A stretch of DNA of 64,000 nucleotides from an uncultured delta proteobacterium (GTDB lineage Bacteria; Myxococcota_A; Polyangia; Fen-1088), in the NCBI GenBank assembly GCA_963737265.1, contig CAVTRY010000006.1, positions 32,001 to 96,000 on the forward strand. The letters are read 5' to 3'. The translations under genes were made by a program, and so were the position numbers. Numbering within the stretch: the stretch's first letter is position 1; every line of letters starts with the position of its first letter. The notes under the pieces were generated by a model. The model was not told where the DNA came from, did no database searches, and saw nothing but the letters and a program-made list of their open reading frames with translations. Shown in pieces: positions 47,529 to 57,751 of this stretch.

Positions 47529-49919
47529 TTATTCGACGACCAAGGCGTTGAACGTGGCCAAAAGCCCACGGCAGGCATCTAGGGCGGCGAGCTCACTCGG
47601 CCGCCTGACCGCCGCCCGACCGCCGCCCTGCGCCGCGAGATCCCGCGCGGCTCGCATGAAATCGTTCGCCCCTGAAATGCGCCCGATTTCCTGCGGGTTA
47701 CGCCCGGCGTAGTCGAGAAACGCTTGCTGGTATTCATCGAGCTTGGCGCGGCGCTGGTCGATGCCCAACCCGCCGGGCGCCCTGAGGCCGCGGACCCAAG
47801 ACTGCCCCGCCAAGGCCAGCCTGCGCATGTGCCACGCCGCCCGGCGTCCGTCGCCGGTTCCTTCTTGCGCCAGCTCTTGCATCTGCCACGCCGTGCGCGC
47901 CGCGAGAAATTCGCCGCGAAACGTCGCCGTCGTCCGGCCGACAGACTCGATCTTTTGGCCGGCCTGAATCGCCGCGAGGTACGCTTCAGCCGCCGCCTGC
48001 AACCCGGCCATCGCGGGCTCCGTCGCCGCCGCCTCGCGCACCAGGCGCTGACACTCGGCGAACTCGCCTCCGCGCAGACGGGCGCGACCGCCTTTCTTGG
48101 CTTCGCCATTCGCATCGGCGATGAGGCCAAGGCACGCGGCGAAGCCGGCGAGCTTGGCAAATGCGCGATCGATTTCGCCGGCTGGGCGCGCAACGTCGGG
48201 GAAGCCGGCGGCCAGCTCGGCCGGCAACGGCTCGGGATCGGCGGGACTCGGCAACGGCAGAATGTGGCCAAGGCGGACCGACAATTTCAAGTCGGCCTTG
48301 GCGGCGAAGGAAAAGCGCCGGGTCACCCGTCCCGTCGCCGCGGCGTTGAGCACATGCGGCACTCCGGACTCCAGCGAGAGCTCGCCCTTCGCGACCGGGA
48401 TGTGGTCGATCTGCACGCTGGCATCGGCCGGCTCCACCGTCAGAAGCACCCTGGTGGCTCCGCCCCGCCGCGCGAGCAGGCGGCTGCCCTCGCCGCCTGG
48501 ATGCAAGGTGCTGTACGCAACCCGCGCACCGACGAGAAGTACCAGCAGAATGCCTGCCTTGACCAGCCGCGATCGCGTACGCCGCGAAAATACCTGTTCC
48601 GGTGCCAGCGTGCCCTCGTTCGGCGCCACCACGTGCGGCCGAGGCGGCGCGTCCAGCTCGAGCGGAGGCGGGTCGGAGCTGGCGGGCGTCCAAGGGTGAG
48701 CCACGGGAGATCCTGCCGCTCTCGGCCAGTCGGTATCGTCGGCCAGCGAGGGCGACATCGCTCTATCCGGCGGCGGCGCGAACGGATCTTCGCCCGGCAA
48801 GACGCGTCGCGTCCTGTCTCCGGCTGGCCTGCTGGGCGGAGCGACTTCGAGCAAGCCAATCGGCGCGGTCCCGTCGTCGCCCTGGTCGCTTGACGACGAC
48901 GAAACACGCAGCGGATCCCCGATGGAGGCGGAGGCGAGCATGGGCGCCGGGGTCGCATCCTCGCTGCCACCTGAAATCGCCTCGCGCATCGCGGCCGCGG
49001 TCGGAAAGCGCTTCGCGATGTCGCGGTCGAGCGCGCGTACGATGGCGGCCTCCAGTGCGGCCGGAATGTCGGGTCGCAGACTGCGCGGCGGCGGATACTT
49101 GCCATCGAGTAGCCCGCACAGGATTTGCGCACACCCCTCGCCGACGAAGGGCGTGCGGCCACACAGCATCTCGTAAAGAACGACGCCGGCGGAATAGATG
49201 TCCGTGCGGTGGTCGATGAGCGACGCTTGGCCGATGGCTTGCTCGGGCGACATGTAGAGCGGCGTGCCGAGGATCGCGCCGACCATGGTGCCGGCAACCT
49301 TCGCCGTCGCCGCCGGACTGGATCCCTGCGGTCGCATCACCTTGGAAATGCCGAAGTCGACGATCTTGACGAAGTTGGGTCGGTCGTCGCTGTTGATGAC
49401 GAAGATGTTGTCGGGCTTGAGATCGCGATGGACGATGCCGTTCTTGTGCGCGGCCGACAGCCCGCCCAGCACTTGGGCCATGAGGTGAACCGCGAGCGGA
49501 ACAGGAAGGCGTGGCGTTTTCTGGAGGATGGAAGCCAGCGGCTCGCCGTCGAGCAACTCCATCACCATGAAGAGAAGACCATCGGAGGTGCGGCCGAGGT
49601 CGAAGACGTCGACGATGTGGGGATGGCCGATGGCACTGGCGGCGCGCGCCTCGCGCTCGAAGCGAGCCCCGAGCTGGGGGTCGGCGAGGATCTCTTGCAG
49701 CAGGGTCTTGATCGCTACGCGCCGGCCGAGCGCCACATGCAGGGCTTCGTAAACCACGCCCATGGCTCCGCGACCCAGCTCGCGCCCGATCTGGTACTTG
49801 CCATCCAGCAGCTCGCCGATGGCAAGCGCGGCCGGGCGATTGGTCGCCATCGCCAGTCCCGTGATGGGACAGACGCTGGTTTCCCTGGGGTGCGGGTTAC
49901 CGCAATGCGGACATGCCAC
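47529..49919 (-). CDS. Ser/Thr protein kinase with N-terminal zinc ribbon, TM segment and extracytoplasmic domain
   Basis: [45 protein letters not shown]. Confidence 0.93.
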   Translation of the reverse strand: MACPHCGNPHPRETSVCPITGLAMATNRPAALAIGELLDGKYQIGRELGRGAMGVVYEALHVALGRRVAIKTLLQEILADPQLGARFEREARAASAIGHPHIVDVFDLGRTSDGLLFMVMELLDGEPLASILQKTPRLPVPLAVHLMAQVLGGLSAAHKNGIVHRDLKPDNIFVINSDDRPNFVKIVDFGISKVMRPQGSSPAATAKVAGTMVGAILGTPLYMSPEQAIGQASLIDHRTDIYSAGVVLYEMLCGRTPFVGEGCAQILCGLLDGKYPPPRSLRPDIPAALEAAIVRALDRDIAKRFPTAAAMREAISGGSEDATPAPMLASASIGDPLRVSSSSSDQGDDGTAPIGLLEVAPPSRPAGDRTRRVLPGEDPFAPPPDRAMSPSLADDTDWPRAAGSPVAHPWTPASSDPPPLELDAPPRPHVVAPNEGTLAPEQVFSRRTRSRLVKAGILLVLLVGARVAYSTLHPGGEGSRLLARRGGATRVLLTVEPADASVQIDHIPVAKGELSLESGVPHVLNAAATGRVTRRFSFAAKADLKLSVRLGHILPLPSPADPEPLPAELAAGFPDVARPAGEIDRAFAKLAGFAACLGLIADANGEAKKGGRARLRGGEFAECQRLVREAAATEPAMAGLQAAAEAYLAAIQAGQKIESVGRTTATFRGEFLAARTAWQMQELAQEGTGDGRRAAWHMRRLALAGQSWVRGLRAPGGLGIDQRRAKLDEYQQAFLDYAGRNPQEIGRISGANDFMRAARDLAAQGGGRAAVRRPSELAALDACRGLLATFNALVVE

Positions 49920-50131
49920 GAAGCGAGAATATCAGCAGGCTGCGCACCTGTCAGGAAGCCGCCCGCCATTGCACCCACCTTTGCACCGTCTTTGCGAGCG
50001 TTCAAAGCCCAACACTTGAGGTGGTGAAATCTCAACACTTACCGATTTCCCCCCGCGGTCGGGCGAGTGTTTCCGTCTAGTTAGGCCAGGATCTCCGTCT
50101 GGCGCGCGCCTTGCTGCATTGCCTGGCTGTC

Positions 50132-50893
50132 ATGGAAGCCACCCTCGAAGCCGGTAGCGAACACACGACGGCACTACGGCAAAGCAATCGAAGCACCGCC
50201 GCCTCGCGGCAGCGCGAGATGTCGACCCTGGCTCTGCCCAAGGTTCTGCTGTGCGACCTCGATGGAACGCTAGTCGATACCATGCCCGTGCTGGCCGACC
50301 TGGCGACGGAAGTCATGGTTGGGTTGTATGGCATTCCCAAGCCGCTGGCGCGCGAGCTGTACCTGGCCACCTGCGGCCTGCCTTTCATCGCCCAGCTTGA
50401 AGACATTTTTCCGGGCGATGTTCGCAATCGCGAGGCCTCGGATTTGTTCGAGGACAGCAAGCCGGCCCGCTGCGGCTCCGCGCGCATGCCGGCCGACACG
50501 CTAGCGGCCCTCGCCGATCTCAAGCGGCGCGGTGTGCGCATCGCGGTTTCATCGAACAACGGCCGCAAGAATGTCGAAGCCTTCGCCAGCGGCGCCGACT
50601 TCTCGTTCGATCTCGTCATGGGCTACGGCAACGGCCTGTCCAAGGGCCGGCCGCACGTGCAAATGGTCGAGCGCGCCTTTGGCGTGGGTCGCGGCGAAAT
50701 GATGTTCATCGGCGACTCGCTCCACGACGGCGAGATCGCCATCGTCGAGGGTTTGGCCTTCGTGGGCGTGGCCGGTACGTTCTCGAAAGAGAGTTTTCTG
50801 CTCCGCTTTCCGGGCGTTGCGGTGGTGCATCGCTTCGCCGAGCTGCTCGATCTGTTCGAGAGCAAGGTGGCGGTGGCCACGGCTGGTTACTAG
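50132..50893 (+). CDS. HAD-family hydrolase
   Basis: DLDGTLVDT, SSNN, K, FIGDSLHD; start uncertain (50132 or 50219). Confidence 0.88.
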   Translation: MEATLEAGSEHTTALRQSNRSTAASRQREMSTLALPKVLLCDLDGTLVDTMPVLADLATEVMVGLYGIPKPLARELYLATCGLPFIAQLEDIFPGDVRNREASDLFEDSKPARCGSARMPADTLAALADLKRRGVRIAVSSNNGRKNVEAFASGADFSFDLVMGYGNGLSKGRPHVQMVERAFGVGRGEMMFIGDSLHDGEIAIVEGLAFVGVAGTFSKESFLLRFPGVAVVHRFAELLDLFESKVAVATAGY

Positions 50894-50913
50894 GCCGCAC
50901 CCCTGGGCGCAGC

Positions 50914-51642
50914 ATGGACGTCGTTCTGCTGGCAGCCGGGCTGGGAAGCCGACTCGGCTCGCTCACTCGGGATCTGCCCAAGGCTCTGATCGAGGTGGGT
51001 GGGCGGTCGCTGCTGCTCCACGCCCTATCGTTCGCGCGCAGGCTTCGTCCTTCGCGCATCGTCGTCGTGGGTGGCTTCTGCTTTCCCTTGCTGCGCCTGG
51101 CGCTGGCCGAGTTTCGCGGCGGCGATACGCCGCCCATCGAATTGGTTGAGAACACCCACTTCCGCGACGGCAATTTGGTTTCGCTCTTGACCGCCAAGCC
51201 GCTCGTTTCCGAAGGCTTTCTCGTCATGAACGTGGACCACATCTACCGGCCCAGCATCGCCGCCGTGGTGGCTCCGGAAGTCGCCGAGGTGACCGCCTTT
51301 ATCGACACCGACCGCAAGCTCGGCGACGACGATATGAAAGTCGAGCGGGGCGGCGACGGCCGGGTCGTGGCGATCGCGAAGACGCTGGCCAAATTCGACT
51401 GTGGCTATGTGGGCATGACCCGCGTGCCGGGCGCGCTGCTTGAGCGCTATTTTCTGGAAGCCGATCGCGCGCTGGCCGAAGAAGGCCCCGCCATCCACGT
51501 TGAACGGATCTTGGCCCGCTTGGCGAAGACCGTCGCCGCCCCCAGTTGCCGAGACATCAGCGGCCACGGCTGGCTGGAGGTCGACACCCCAGTCGAGCGC
51601 GCGGCCGCGGAAGCCAGGCTGGCTTCGGCCGGTTGGGCGTAA
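50914..51642 (+). CDS. NTP transferase (phosphocholine/sugar-phosphate cytidylyltransferase-like)
   Basis: LLAAGLGSRL, PKAL, GNL.SL, DDMKV, WLEVDT. Confidence 0.85.
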   Translation: MDVVLLAAGLGSRLGSLTRDLPKALIEVGGRSLLLHALSFARRLRPSRIVVVGGFCFPLLRLALAEFRGGDTPPIELVENTHFRDGNLVSLLTAKPLVSEGFLVMNVDHIYRPSIAAVVAPEVAEVTAFIDTDRKLGDDDMKVERGGDGRVVAIAKTLAKFDCGYVGMTRVPGALLERYFLEADRALAEEGPAIHVERILARLAKTVAAPSCRDISGHGWLEVDTPVERAAAEARLASAGWA

Positions 51643-51672
51643 GGCGCCGCGCGTGGTAATCCACGCTCACGC

Positions 51673-52947
51673 ATGAACGTGCCTTCGCAAACGCTCTGGT
51701 ATCCCTACGCGCAGATGCTCGGCCTCGAGATCCAGAACGAGGTCGTGCGCGCGCACGGAGTGGAGCTCCACCTTCGCGACGGGCGAATTCTCATCGACGC
51801 CATCGCGAGCTGGTGGTGCGTGATCCACGGCTACAACCATCCCGAGCTGAATGCGGCGCTGCAGGCGCAAATGGACGATTTCGCCCACGTCATGCTCGGC
51901 GGCCTCACCCACGCGCCCGCGCAGCGTCTGGCCGATCGATTGGTGGCGCTGGCGTCGCCGGGGCTGGCGCACGTATTCTTTGCCGACTCGGGGTCCGTGG
52001 GCATGGAAGTGGCCATGAAAATGGCGGTGCAGTACTGGAAGAACCTCGGCGTGCCGGGCAAACACGCCTTCCTGTCGCTCCGCCACGCCTACCACGGCGA
52101 CACCACCGGCGTGATGAGCCTCGGCGATCCCGACGATGGCATGCATCGGCTATTCGCCGGCTTTCTGCCCCGACAACACTTCGTTGCGCCGCCGGAAGGA
52201 ATGGGCAAGGGACGCGGTGAAATCCGCCGCTCGGTCGACGAAGCCCTCGTCGAGCTGCGAACCACACTGGCCCAGCGCGGGCACGAAATCGCCGCCTTCG
52301 CCTGCGAGCCCCTTTTGCAAGGCGCCGGCGGTTTCAATTTCTATCCGCCGAGCTATCTGACCCAAGCACGCCGCCTGTGCGACCAGCACGACGTGCTCCT
52401 CGTCTGCGACGAAGTGGCGACCGGGTTCGGCCGCACTGGCACCCTGTTCGCCTGCGAGCAGGCCGGCATCACCCCGGACATCCTGGTGTTGGCCAAGGGC
52501 CTCACTGCCGGCTACCTCGGGTTGTCGGCCACCCTGGCCACCCATCGCGTGTTCCAGGCGTTCCTGGGTGACGGCCAGGCCAAAGCGTTCATGCACGGGC
52601 CGACGTTTATGGGCAATGCCCTGGCCTGCGCCGTGGCCCTGGCGAGCATCCACATTTTCGAGCGCGACGGCTATCTGGCCAAGATCCACCGCATCGAGGA
52701 CATTCTGCGTGAAGAGCTGCTTGATCTGCGCGCGCCCGCCATTCGCGAAACACGCGTTTTCGGAGCATGCGGCGTCGTCGAGGTTCACGACCCGTCCGCG
52801 TGGCAAGGCATTCAAGACTTCGCAGCCAGGCGCGGGGTGTGGCTGCGCCCCTTCGACAAAGTGGTCTACACCATGCCCGCGTATGTGATTGACGAGCCCA
52901 GTCTGCGCCGCGTTTGCCAAACCATGCGCGCCTGGTTTGGCGGCTAA
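51673..52947 (+). CDS. bioA: Adenosylmethionine-8-amino-7-oxononanoate aminotransferase
   Basis: WYPYAQM, SWWC.IHG, DSGSV..EVA.KMA, YHGDT, DEVATGFGRTG, AKGLT.G, HGPTFMGN. Confidence 0.93.
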   Translation: MNVPSQTLWYPYAQMLGLEIQNEVVRAHGVELHLRDGRILIDAIASWWCVIHGYNHPELNAALQAQMDDFAHVMLGGLTHAPAQRLADRLVALASPGLAHVFFADSGSVGMEVAMKMAVQYWKNLGVPGKHAFLSLRHAYHGDTTGVMSLGDPDDGMHRLFAGFLPRQHFVAPPEGMGKGRGEIRRSVDEALVELRTTLAQRGHEIAAFACEPLLQGAGGFNFYPPSYLTQARRLCDQHDVLLVCDEVATGFGRTGTLFACEQAGITPDILVLAKGLTAGYLGLSATLATHRVFQAFLGDGQAKAFMHGPTFMGNALACAVALASIHIFERDGYLAKIHRIEDILREELLDLRAPAIRETRVFGACGVVEVHDPSAWQGIQDFAARRGVWLRPFDKVVYTMPAYVIDEPSLRRVCQTMRAWFGG

Positions 52948-52966
52948 TGATGGCGATCTCCAGACG

Positions 52967-53338
52967 CTATCGCTTCGGGGAGAAGCGTCTAACGATGCGA
53001 TCCAGATCCGAGCTGTGGAACAGGTCAATGCACTTCATCGTCTGCAGGGGCTGCCCCGACAAGCTGAGATACTTGTGGACCAGAAATTCGTCGGCGAGCT
53101 TCGCGATCTCGGCGTAGGCGTCGGCACTCACGGATCCGCGTTCGAGATATCCTGCCGCGCTCGCGCTAGCATCGGGGTCCAGCGGCGACCCCGGGAAGGC
53201 CTGGCTGAGGCACCTCGCAAGGGCGTAGTTTCTGAGAAGATCCGCCTGCGAGTACTTCCGAGCGACGAACCGTTCCACATCCGCCGGTGCCGTCGCCATC
53301 GAAAAGACGAAGGCCATCGCCGCGACCAAGGCCCGCAT
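52967..53338 (-). CDS. T6SS amidase immunity protein, Tai4 family
   Basis: Signal peptide; NYALARCL, DA.ASA.GYLE.G, TMKCIDLFHS..L; TGATG-coupled to the upstream effector. Confidence 0.8.
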   Translation of the reverse strand: MRALVAAMAFVFSMATAPADVERFVARKYSQADLLRNYALARCLSQAFPGSPLDPDASASAAGYLERGSVSADAYAEIAKLADEFLVHKYLSLSGQPLQTMKCIDLFHSSDLDRIVRRFSPKR

Positions 53339-53808
53339 CACGGCAGTGCCCAAAAGAGGAGCCGTTTCGCCTCAAGAAAATAGCAATGATCGGAGCACGT
53401 CACGCCATCCCACAGCGTGGCGTGCCCGGATGCATCTCCCCAGATGGCCACCTCGAACAAAAGGATTCCCCTTTTTTCCATGAGGCCGAGGCCTCCCGCG
53501 CTTGGACCCATCAGGATTCCGTCGGGCTTTCCCAGGCTATGGCGAAGAAACGCAGCGAGATCCATCAGCCGAAAGAAATACTGATAGTGGTCGCCGCCAG
53601 AAACGGTCTCACCCTCAAGCCGCGGAATCGGAAGCCCCGCACGATTCAAGACGTAACTCATCCTGAGGGCGCAAGCGTTGGTGAATATATGGGCATCGAT
53701 ATTCGCCTTGACCTTGCCGCCTATTTGATTGCCAACGGTCGCCAGGGTTCCGTCGCCATGGATAGTCTGAAATAGGGCCCATGTTTGCGTAAACTGTGGT
53801 CGCCGCAT
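53338..53808 (-). CDS. T6SS peptidoglycan amidase effector, Tae4 family
   Basis: NACALRMSY.LN (catalytic Cys), GILLF, W.DASGHATLWDG (catalytic His), CSDHCYF. Confidence 0.88.
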   Translation of the reverse strand: MRRPQFTQTWALFQTIHGDGTLATVGNQIGGKVKANIDAHIFTNACALRMSYVLNRAGLPIPRLEGETVSGGDHYQYFFRLMDLAAFLRHSLGKPDGILMGPSAGGLGLMEKRGILLFEVAIWGDASGHATLWDGVTCSDHCYFLEAKRLLFWALP

Positions 53809-54008
53809 TTGATCCTCTCCTATTCACGGATAGTGCCCTCAAATGCTCGGACCGACAACATGGTTCGACCGGTGAGAGGAGGCCCCGTCACCTCATAAGC
53901 GTTAAGCGGGGCGTGCCCCAGAAATCCGCACCCCTTCTCCCCGGTCCGCATCCGGTCCGCCGGGGGGAGTCGGTACAAGCGCCATTTCCTTTTCACCGAA
54001 TCGTATCT

Positions 54009-54158
54009 GTTAGGCAAAGACTCGGCTTGGCAGGCCTTGCTATTGCCTGCCTTGCGTATTCCTTCTGGCCGCGAAACGCGAGCCTGCGCGAGTTTTCTCC
54101 CGACGCCATGGGCCGGCTCGAAACCGCGATGTGGCGAGACTACTACGATTGGACATGA
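54009..54158 (+). pseudogene. Probable truncated gene fragment
   Basis: TM-like segment plus LREFSPDAMGRLETAMWRDYYD, ending abruptly; no canonical start. Confidence 0.3.
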
Positions 54159-54453
54159 TTGAACCTCTGGCTGTGATACGAACCAGAGTCGAATTCGGAT
54201 CGCCCTGCTGGTTCGCCCGTCTCACTCCAACGCCGCAAGCCCGTGCATCGTCGCGAATTCGGTCGTGACAAACACAAGGCGATAAACACAGCCAGGTGCC
54301 AGCGATGGTTTGCGCGCGCAGGTGGCGAGATCACGGACTGCCGCAACTGAAGCGTCAACACGAGATGAATCAACCCAAAATTCCACACGCCAGGTTCCAC
54401 CCGGTAGGGTTTTCCATCGCGGGCGGCGCGTCGGGGCCTTCGCGGGAGACGCG

Positions 54454-55086
54454 GTGATTAGTTGCAAGCTGTGCCAAGCAACTGCGTGCGTGCGCGTTTG
54501 CCCGCGTGCGCGGCGAACCTTCCTTCACTGTCCGGCGTGCGGTCTCGTCTTCGTTCCCGACAGGGAATACCCGACTGTCGCGGCCGAGCGCTCGCGCTAC
54601 GATCGGCATGACAACACGCCGACCAATCTCGGCTATCGGCGCTTTCTTTCCGAGGTCGCTGATGCGGTGGACCGGCTGGACTTGGGTGCTGGAACCATCC
54701 TCGACTTCGGCGCGGGCGAGCACGCCGTGCTCACGCAGTTGTTGCAAGAGCGGGGACGGCGCGCGCGGGACTACGATCCTCTTTACGGCCGGGGGCTGAA
54801 TGCGCTCGCCGAGCGCTACGACCTAGTCATCGTGTGCGAGGTCATCGAGCACTTGCGCGACCTTACCGGCGAATTGACGAGACTTGAGTCCTGTCTGCAC
54901 CCGGGTGGCCGCGTGCTGTTGCGGACGCAGATTCACCCATCCGTCGACGATATCGCCGATTGGTGGTACAGCCGCGATCCGACTCACCTGAACTTTTTCG
55001 CCCGCGACACCCTCGCGACCGTCGCGGCGCTCTTGCGGAAGACCGCGGTCACGGCGCTAGCGGCCGATCTGTTCCTCATTGCGTGA
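54454..55086 (+). CDS. Class I SAM-dependent methyltransferase with N-terminal zinc ribbon
   Basis: CKLC..CPAC.LVF, E..RY..H.N, LDFGAG, YDP.Y, EVIEH, WWY.RDPTH..FF. Confidence 0.88.
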   Translation: MISCKLCQATACVRVCPRARRTFLHCPACGLVFVPDREYPTVAAERSRYDRHDNTPTNLGYRRFLSEVADAVDRLDLGAGTILDFGAGEHAVLTQLLQERGRRARDYDPLYGRGLNALAERYDLVIVCEVIEHLRDLTGELTRLESCLHPGGRVLLRTQIHPSVDDIADWWYSRDPTHLNFFARDTLATVAALLRKTAVTALAADLFLIA

Positions 55087-55193
55087 TGGTGTGGCGCGAC
55101 GATTTCCTCAGCGGCCGTTTCATGAGGGATGAGGCTGCAGGCTCAGGCTAGGTGAATGCAGTCTGGCTCAAATGAAGCCTGTTTCCGATGCCT

Positions 55194-56204
55194 CTACTTC
55201 CGCGCCGGAAGTCCCACCCGGCGAGCGAGGCCGCGCATGCGCTCGGCCGCTTCGGTGGTAAACACGCCCCAGCGGTTGGAGAACGGCAGCGACGTGCGCA
55301 CCATGCAGTCCACCCCGCAGCCGTCTTCGCAACCCTTGGCTTTCCGGTTGGCCTTGATTTGGGCCAACGTCACGTCGGCGAGCTTGCCCACCGGATCGGT
55401 GTGATTGCAGTAGTGAAAATTGCCTTCGGGCGAGACGTAGAACGCCTTGCTTCCGCCCATGCAGGTCCACGAGAGCGGCTTGCCCGACAGAATGCGCTCG
55501 TAGTAATCGATGAGGTAGTAGGGATTGGAAACCGGCTTGCCCTCACGCTTCTGCTGTTTGAGCCAGCGGACCTTTTCGAGGTAACGGGCGCTGTTCGGCC
55601 CGAAAACGATGCGCCCGCGGTCGTGGACCACGGCGAGGAAGATCGGGACCCCGAGGTCGAAGCAGAATTCGGCTAGCGCCTGAATTTCGTCCAGGGTTGC
55701 TTCGCAGATGCACGCCGCAACGTAAAACCACAAACCGCGCCGCGCGACCATTTCGATCTTCGAACGCAGCGTCTTGAGCGACTTGGGCGTGGCGGGCGTG
55801 GGGGAAAGGCCATCCACCGAGATCTGAATGCGCCCCATGCCGGCGTCGATGAGCTCGTCGAGCTTTTCTGGCGTGAGCAAGAATGCGTTGGTGGTCATGC
55901 CGGTGGTCATGCCCTGCTTGCGCACGTGGCGCATGAGCGGAACGATATCGGGATGCAGCAGCGGCTCGCCGCCGATGAGATCGGCGTGCAGTACGCCTAG
56001 CTCTTTGCACTTGTCGATCCTCGCCACCACGTCGGCGAAGGGAACGTGACCTTTGGCGTTGTCATACTCGGTGCAATAGCCACACGTCAGATTGCACTTC
56101 CACGTCACGTTGAGCTGCGCCCACAGCGGCCGGCCGTCGAAGCCACGGGGCACGCCGCGCAGGAAACCGGCGACCGACAGGGGATTTTTCACCTTGGGTT
56201 TCAT
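55194..56204 (-). CDS. Radical SAM protein
   Basis: CNLTCGYC, GGEPLLHP, TTNA, ISVDG, C-terminal Cys cluster. Confidence 0.92.
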   Translation of the reverse strand: MKPKVKNPLSVAGFLRGVPRGFDGRPLWAQLNVTWKCNLTCGYCTEYDNAKGHVPFADVVARIDKCKELGVLHADLIGGEPLLHPDIVPLMRHVRKQGMTTGMTTNAFLLTPEKLDELIDAGMGRIQISVDGLSPTPATPKSLKTLRSKIEMVARRGLWFYVAACICEATLDEIQALAEFCFDLGVPIFLAVVHDRGRIVFGPNSARYLEKVRWLKQQKREGKPVSNPYYLIDYYERILSGKPLSWTCMGGSKAFYVSPEGNFHYCNHTDPVGKLADVTLAQIKANRKAKGCEDGCGVDCMVRTSLPFSNRWGVFTTEAAERMRGLARRVGLPARK

Positions 56205-57622
56205 GACGAGGTCACACCGGCACTCTGCCACACCCCGCTCTTCCAGCGCCATCCGTTGGCCAGCGCGCGCGTCCATTCGTCGACGGCCATGCCGGCCCAA
56301 ATGCCCACCACGCCCCAACCCATGCCGAACGCCAGTCCCACGGCGGAGCCTAAACCGACGGTCCACATGAGCGACGTGCCGGCGATGGCGGGGAAGCGCG
56401 AATCGCCGGCCGCGCGCAGCGAGAAGGTGAGCGCGAGGTTGGCCGCCTTGGCCGGCTGAAGCAGGACGTCCAGCCACAGCAGCGACGCGCCCAGCGCCGC
56501 GATTCCGGCATCGTGGGTGAAGAGGCCAAGCAACCTATGGCCCGCCAGGGCTAGCGCAAGCGACGCGAGAAACGCGAGGCCCGCTCCCCACGCCACCGCG
56601 GTTCGAAGACGGCGATCGGCGGTGGCAAATCGGCGCGCCCCAACCAGGTGTGCAACCAGAATCTGCGCGCCGAAGGCCAGACCGTAACTGAAGAGGACGG
56701 GAAGATTGGCGAGGTTGGCCGCGTAGACACGGGCGGTGAGTGCGAAAGCGCCCAGACGCACGACCTGGCTGGCCAGCACCACTTGAAACAGTTGGTAGGA
56801 GATGGGCTCAACGGCCGAAGGCAGGCCAATGCGAATCAGGTGGCGCAGGATGCGCTTCCAGCCCAAGGCCAGCAGCATCCACGACGGATGAAAGTCGAGC
56901 CGCCGCACCACCAAGCCCAAGGTCGACAGGCCGACGATGCCCCACGAGAGCACGGTCGCGACGGCCACGCCTTGTACGCCGAAACAGGGCAGACCAAACA
57001 GGCGGCCCACCAGCAGCAGGTTGAAAACGGCGTTGAGTCCCACCATGGCTACCGACACCCACAGGTTCCAGCGGGTAAGCCCGCGCGCCGCCAGCAAATT
57101 GGTGAGACCGGCGATAAGGGCGCGGCCGACGAACCCAGCGCCGATAATGCGCAGAAATTCGACCGAATGTTCCGCGATGGCCCCGCGCAGTCCCAGGCCC
57201 CACACCAGCCAGGGGCTGGACAAGCTCAGCAATGCCCCCAGCACGAGACCACTGCCGCCCAGCACGGTGAGCACGAGAGCGAAGGTAGCTTGCGCCATGC
57301 GTGGCCGGCCAGCCCCGAGGTACTGCCCCGCGATGGCGGCGCCCGCCTGCCCCATGGCGCCGAGGACGGTCTGCGTCAGCATGAACACCGGCAAGGTGGC
57401 GCCCACGCCCGCCGCGGCGTCATCGGAAATGCGCGACAGAAACCACGAATCGAGAATCGGGCCGGAGATGCCCGCCGCCATGGTGACCATCACCGGCCAC
57501 GAAATCGCAATCAGGGACTGCTCGTGCACCGGCGGCGCTGCGCTAACTGGGCGAGGCTTGGGAGCCGGCGAGTCTGCGGCACGCGAGGTGCCGGTAGCAA
57601 CGAGGTTGAGATCTGAACGCAT
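56201..57622 (-). CDS. MATE family efflux transporter
   Basis: About 12 TM; D..FLS, QYLGA, GV.GVA.ATV, IGLPSA.E, LRAAGD.RFP, G..GIW. Confidence 0.93.
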   Translation of the reverse strand: MRSDLNLVATGTSRAADSPAPKPRPVSAAPPVHEQSLIAISWPVMVTMAAGISGPILDSWFLSRISDDAAAGVGATLPVFMLTQTVLGAMGQAGAAIAGQYLGAGRPRMAQATFALVLTVLGGSGLVLGALLSLSSPWLVWGLGLRGAIAEHSVEFLRIIGAGFVGRALIAGLTNLLAARGLTRWNLWVSVAMVGLNAVFNLLLVGRLFGLPCFGVQGVAVATVLSWGIVGLSTLGLVVRRLDFHPSWMLLALGWKRILRHLIRIGLPSAVEPISYQLFQVVLASQVVRLGAFALTARVYAANLANLPVLFSYGLAFGAQILVAHLVGARRFATADRRLRTAVAWGAGLAFLASLALALAGHRLLGLFTHDAGIAALGASLLWLDVLLQPAKAANLALTFSLRAAGDSRFPAIAGTSLMWTVGLGSAVGLAFGMGWGVVGIWAGMAVDEWTRALANGWRWKSGVWQSAGVTSS

Positions 57623-57751
57623 GGGTACTTCAGGCGGCTCCGCCCGCGTCGGCGATAGCACAGATCAGGCAAGCGCGACACCAATCAGCGAAGACGTGTG
57701 CGCCGAACGCCGCATCGTCTTTTTCCAACAGAAGGGGTATTCTCCTGCCCC

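Noticed and set aside
53860-54015. GTTRRRY sites (gttaagc, gttaggc) suggesting integron attC sites near Tae4
   Set aside because: No matching RYYYAAC inverse core with a paired stem, and no integrase in the window
57690-57700. aagacgtgtg resembling the MITE terminus
   Set aside because: Match ends after 9 bp, with no internal similarity or partner end
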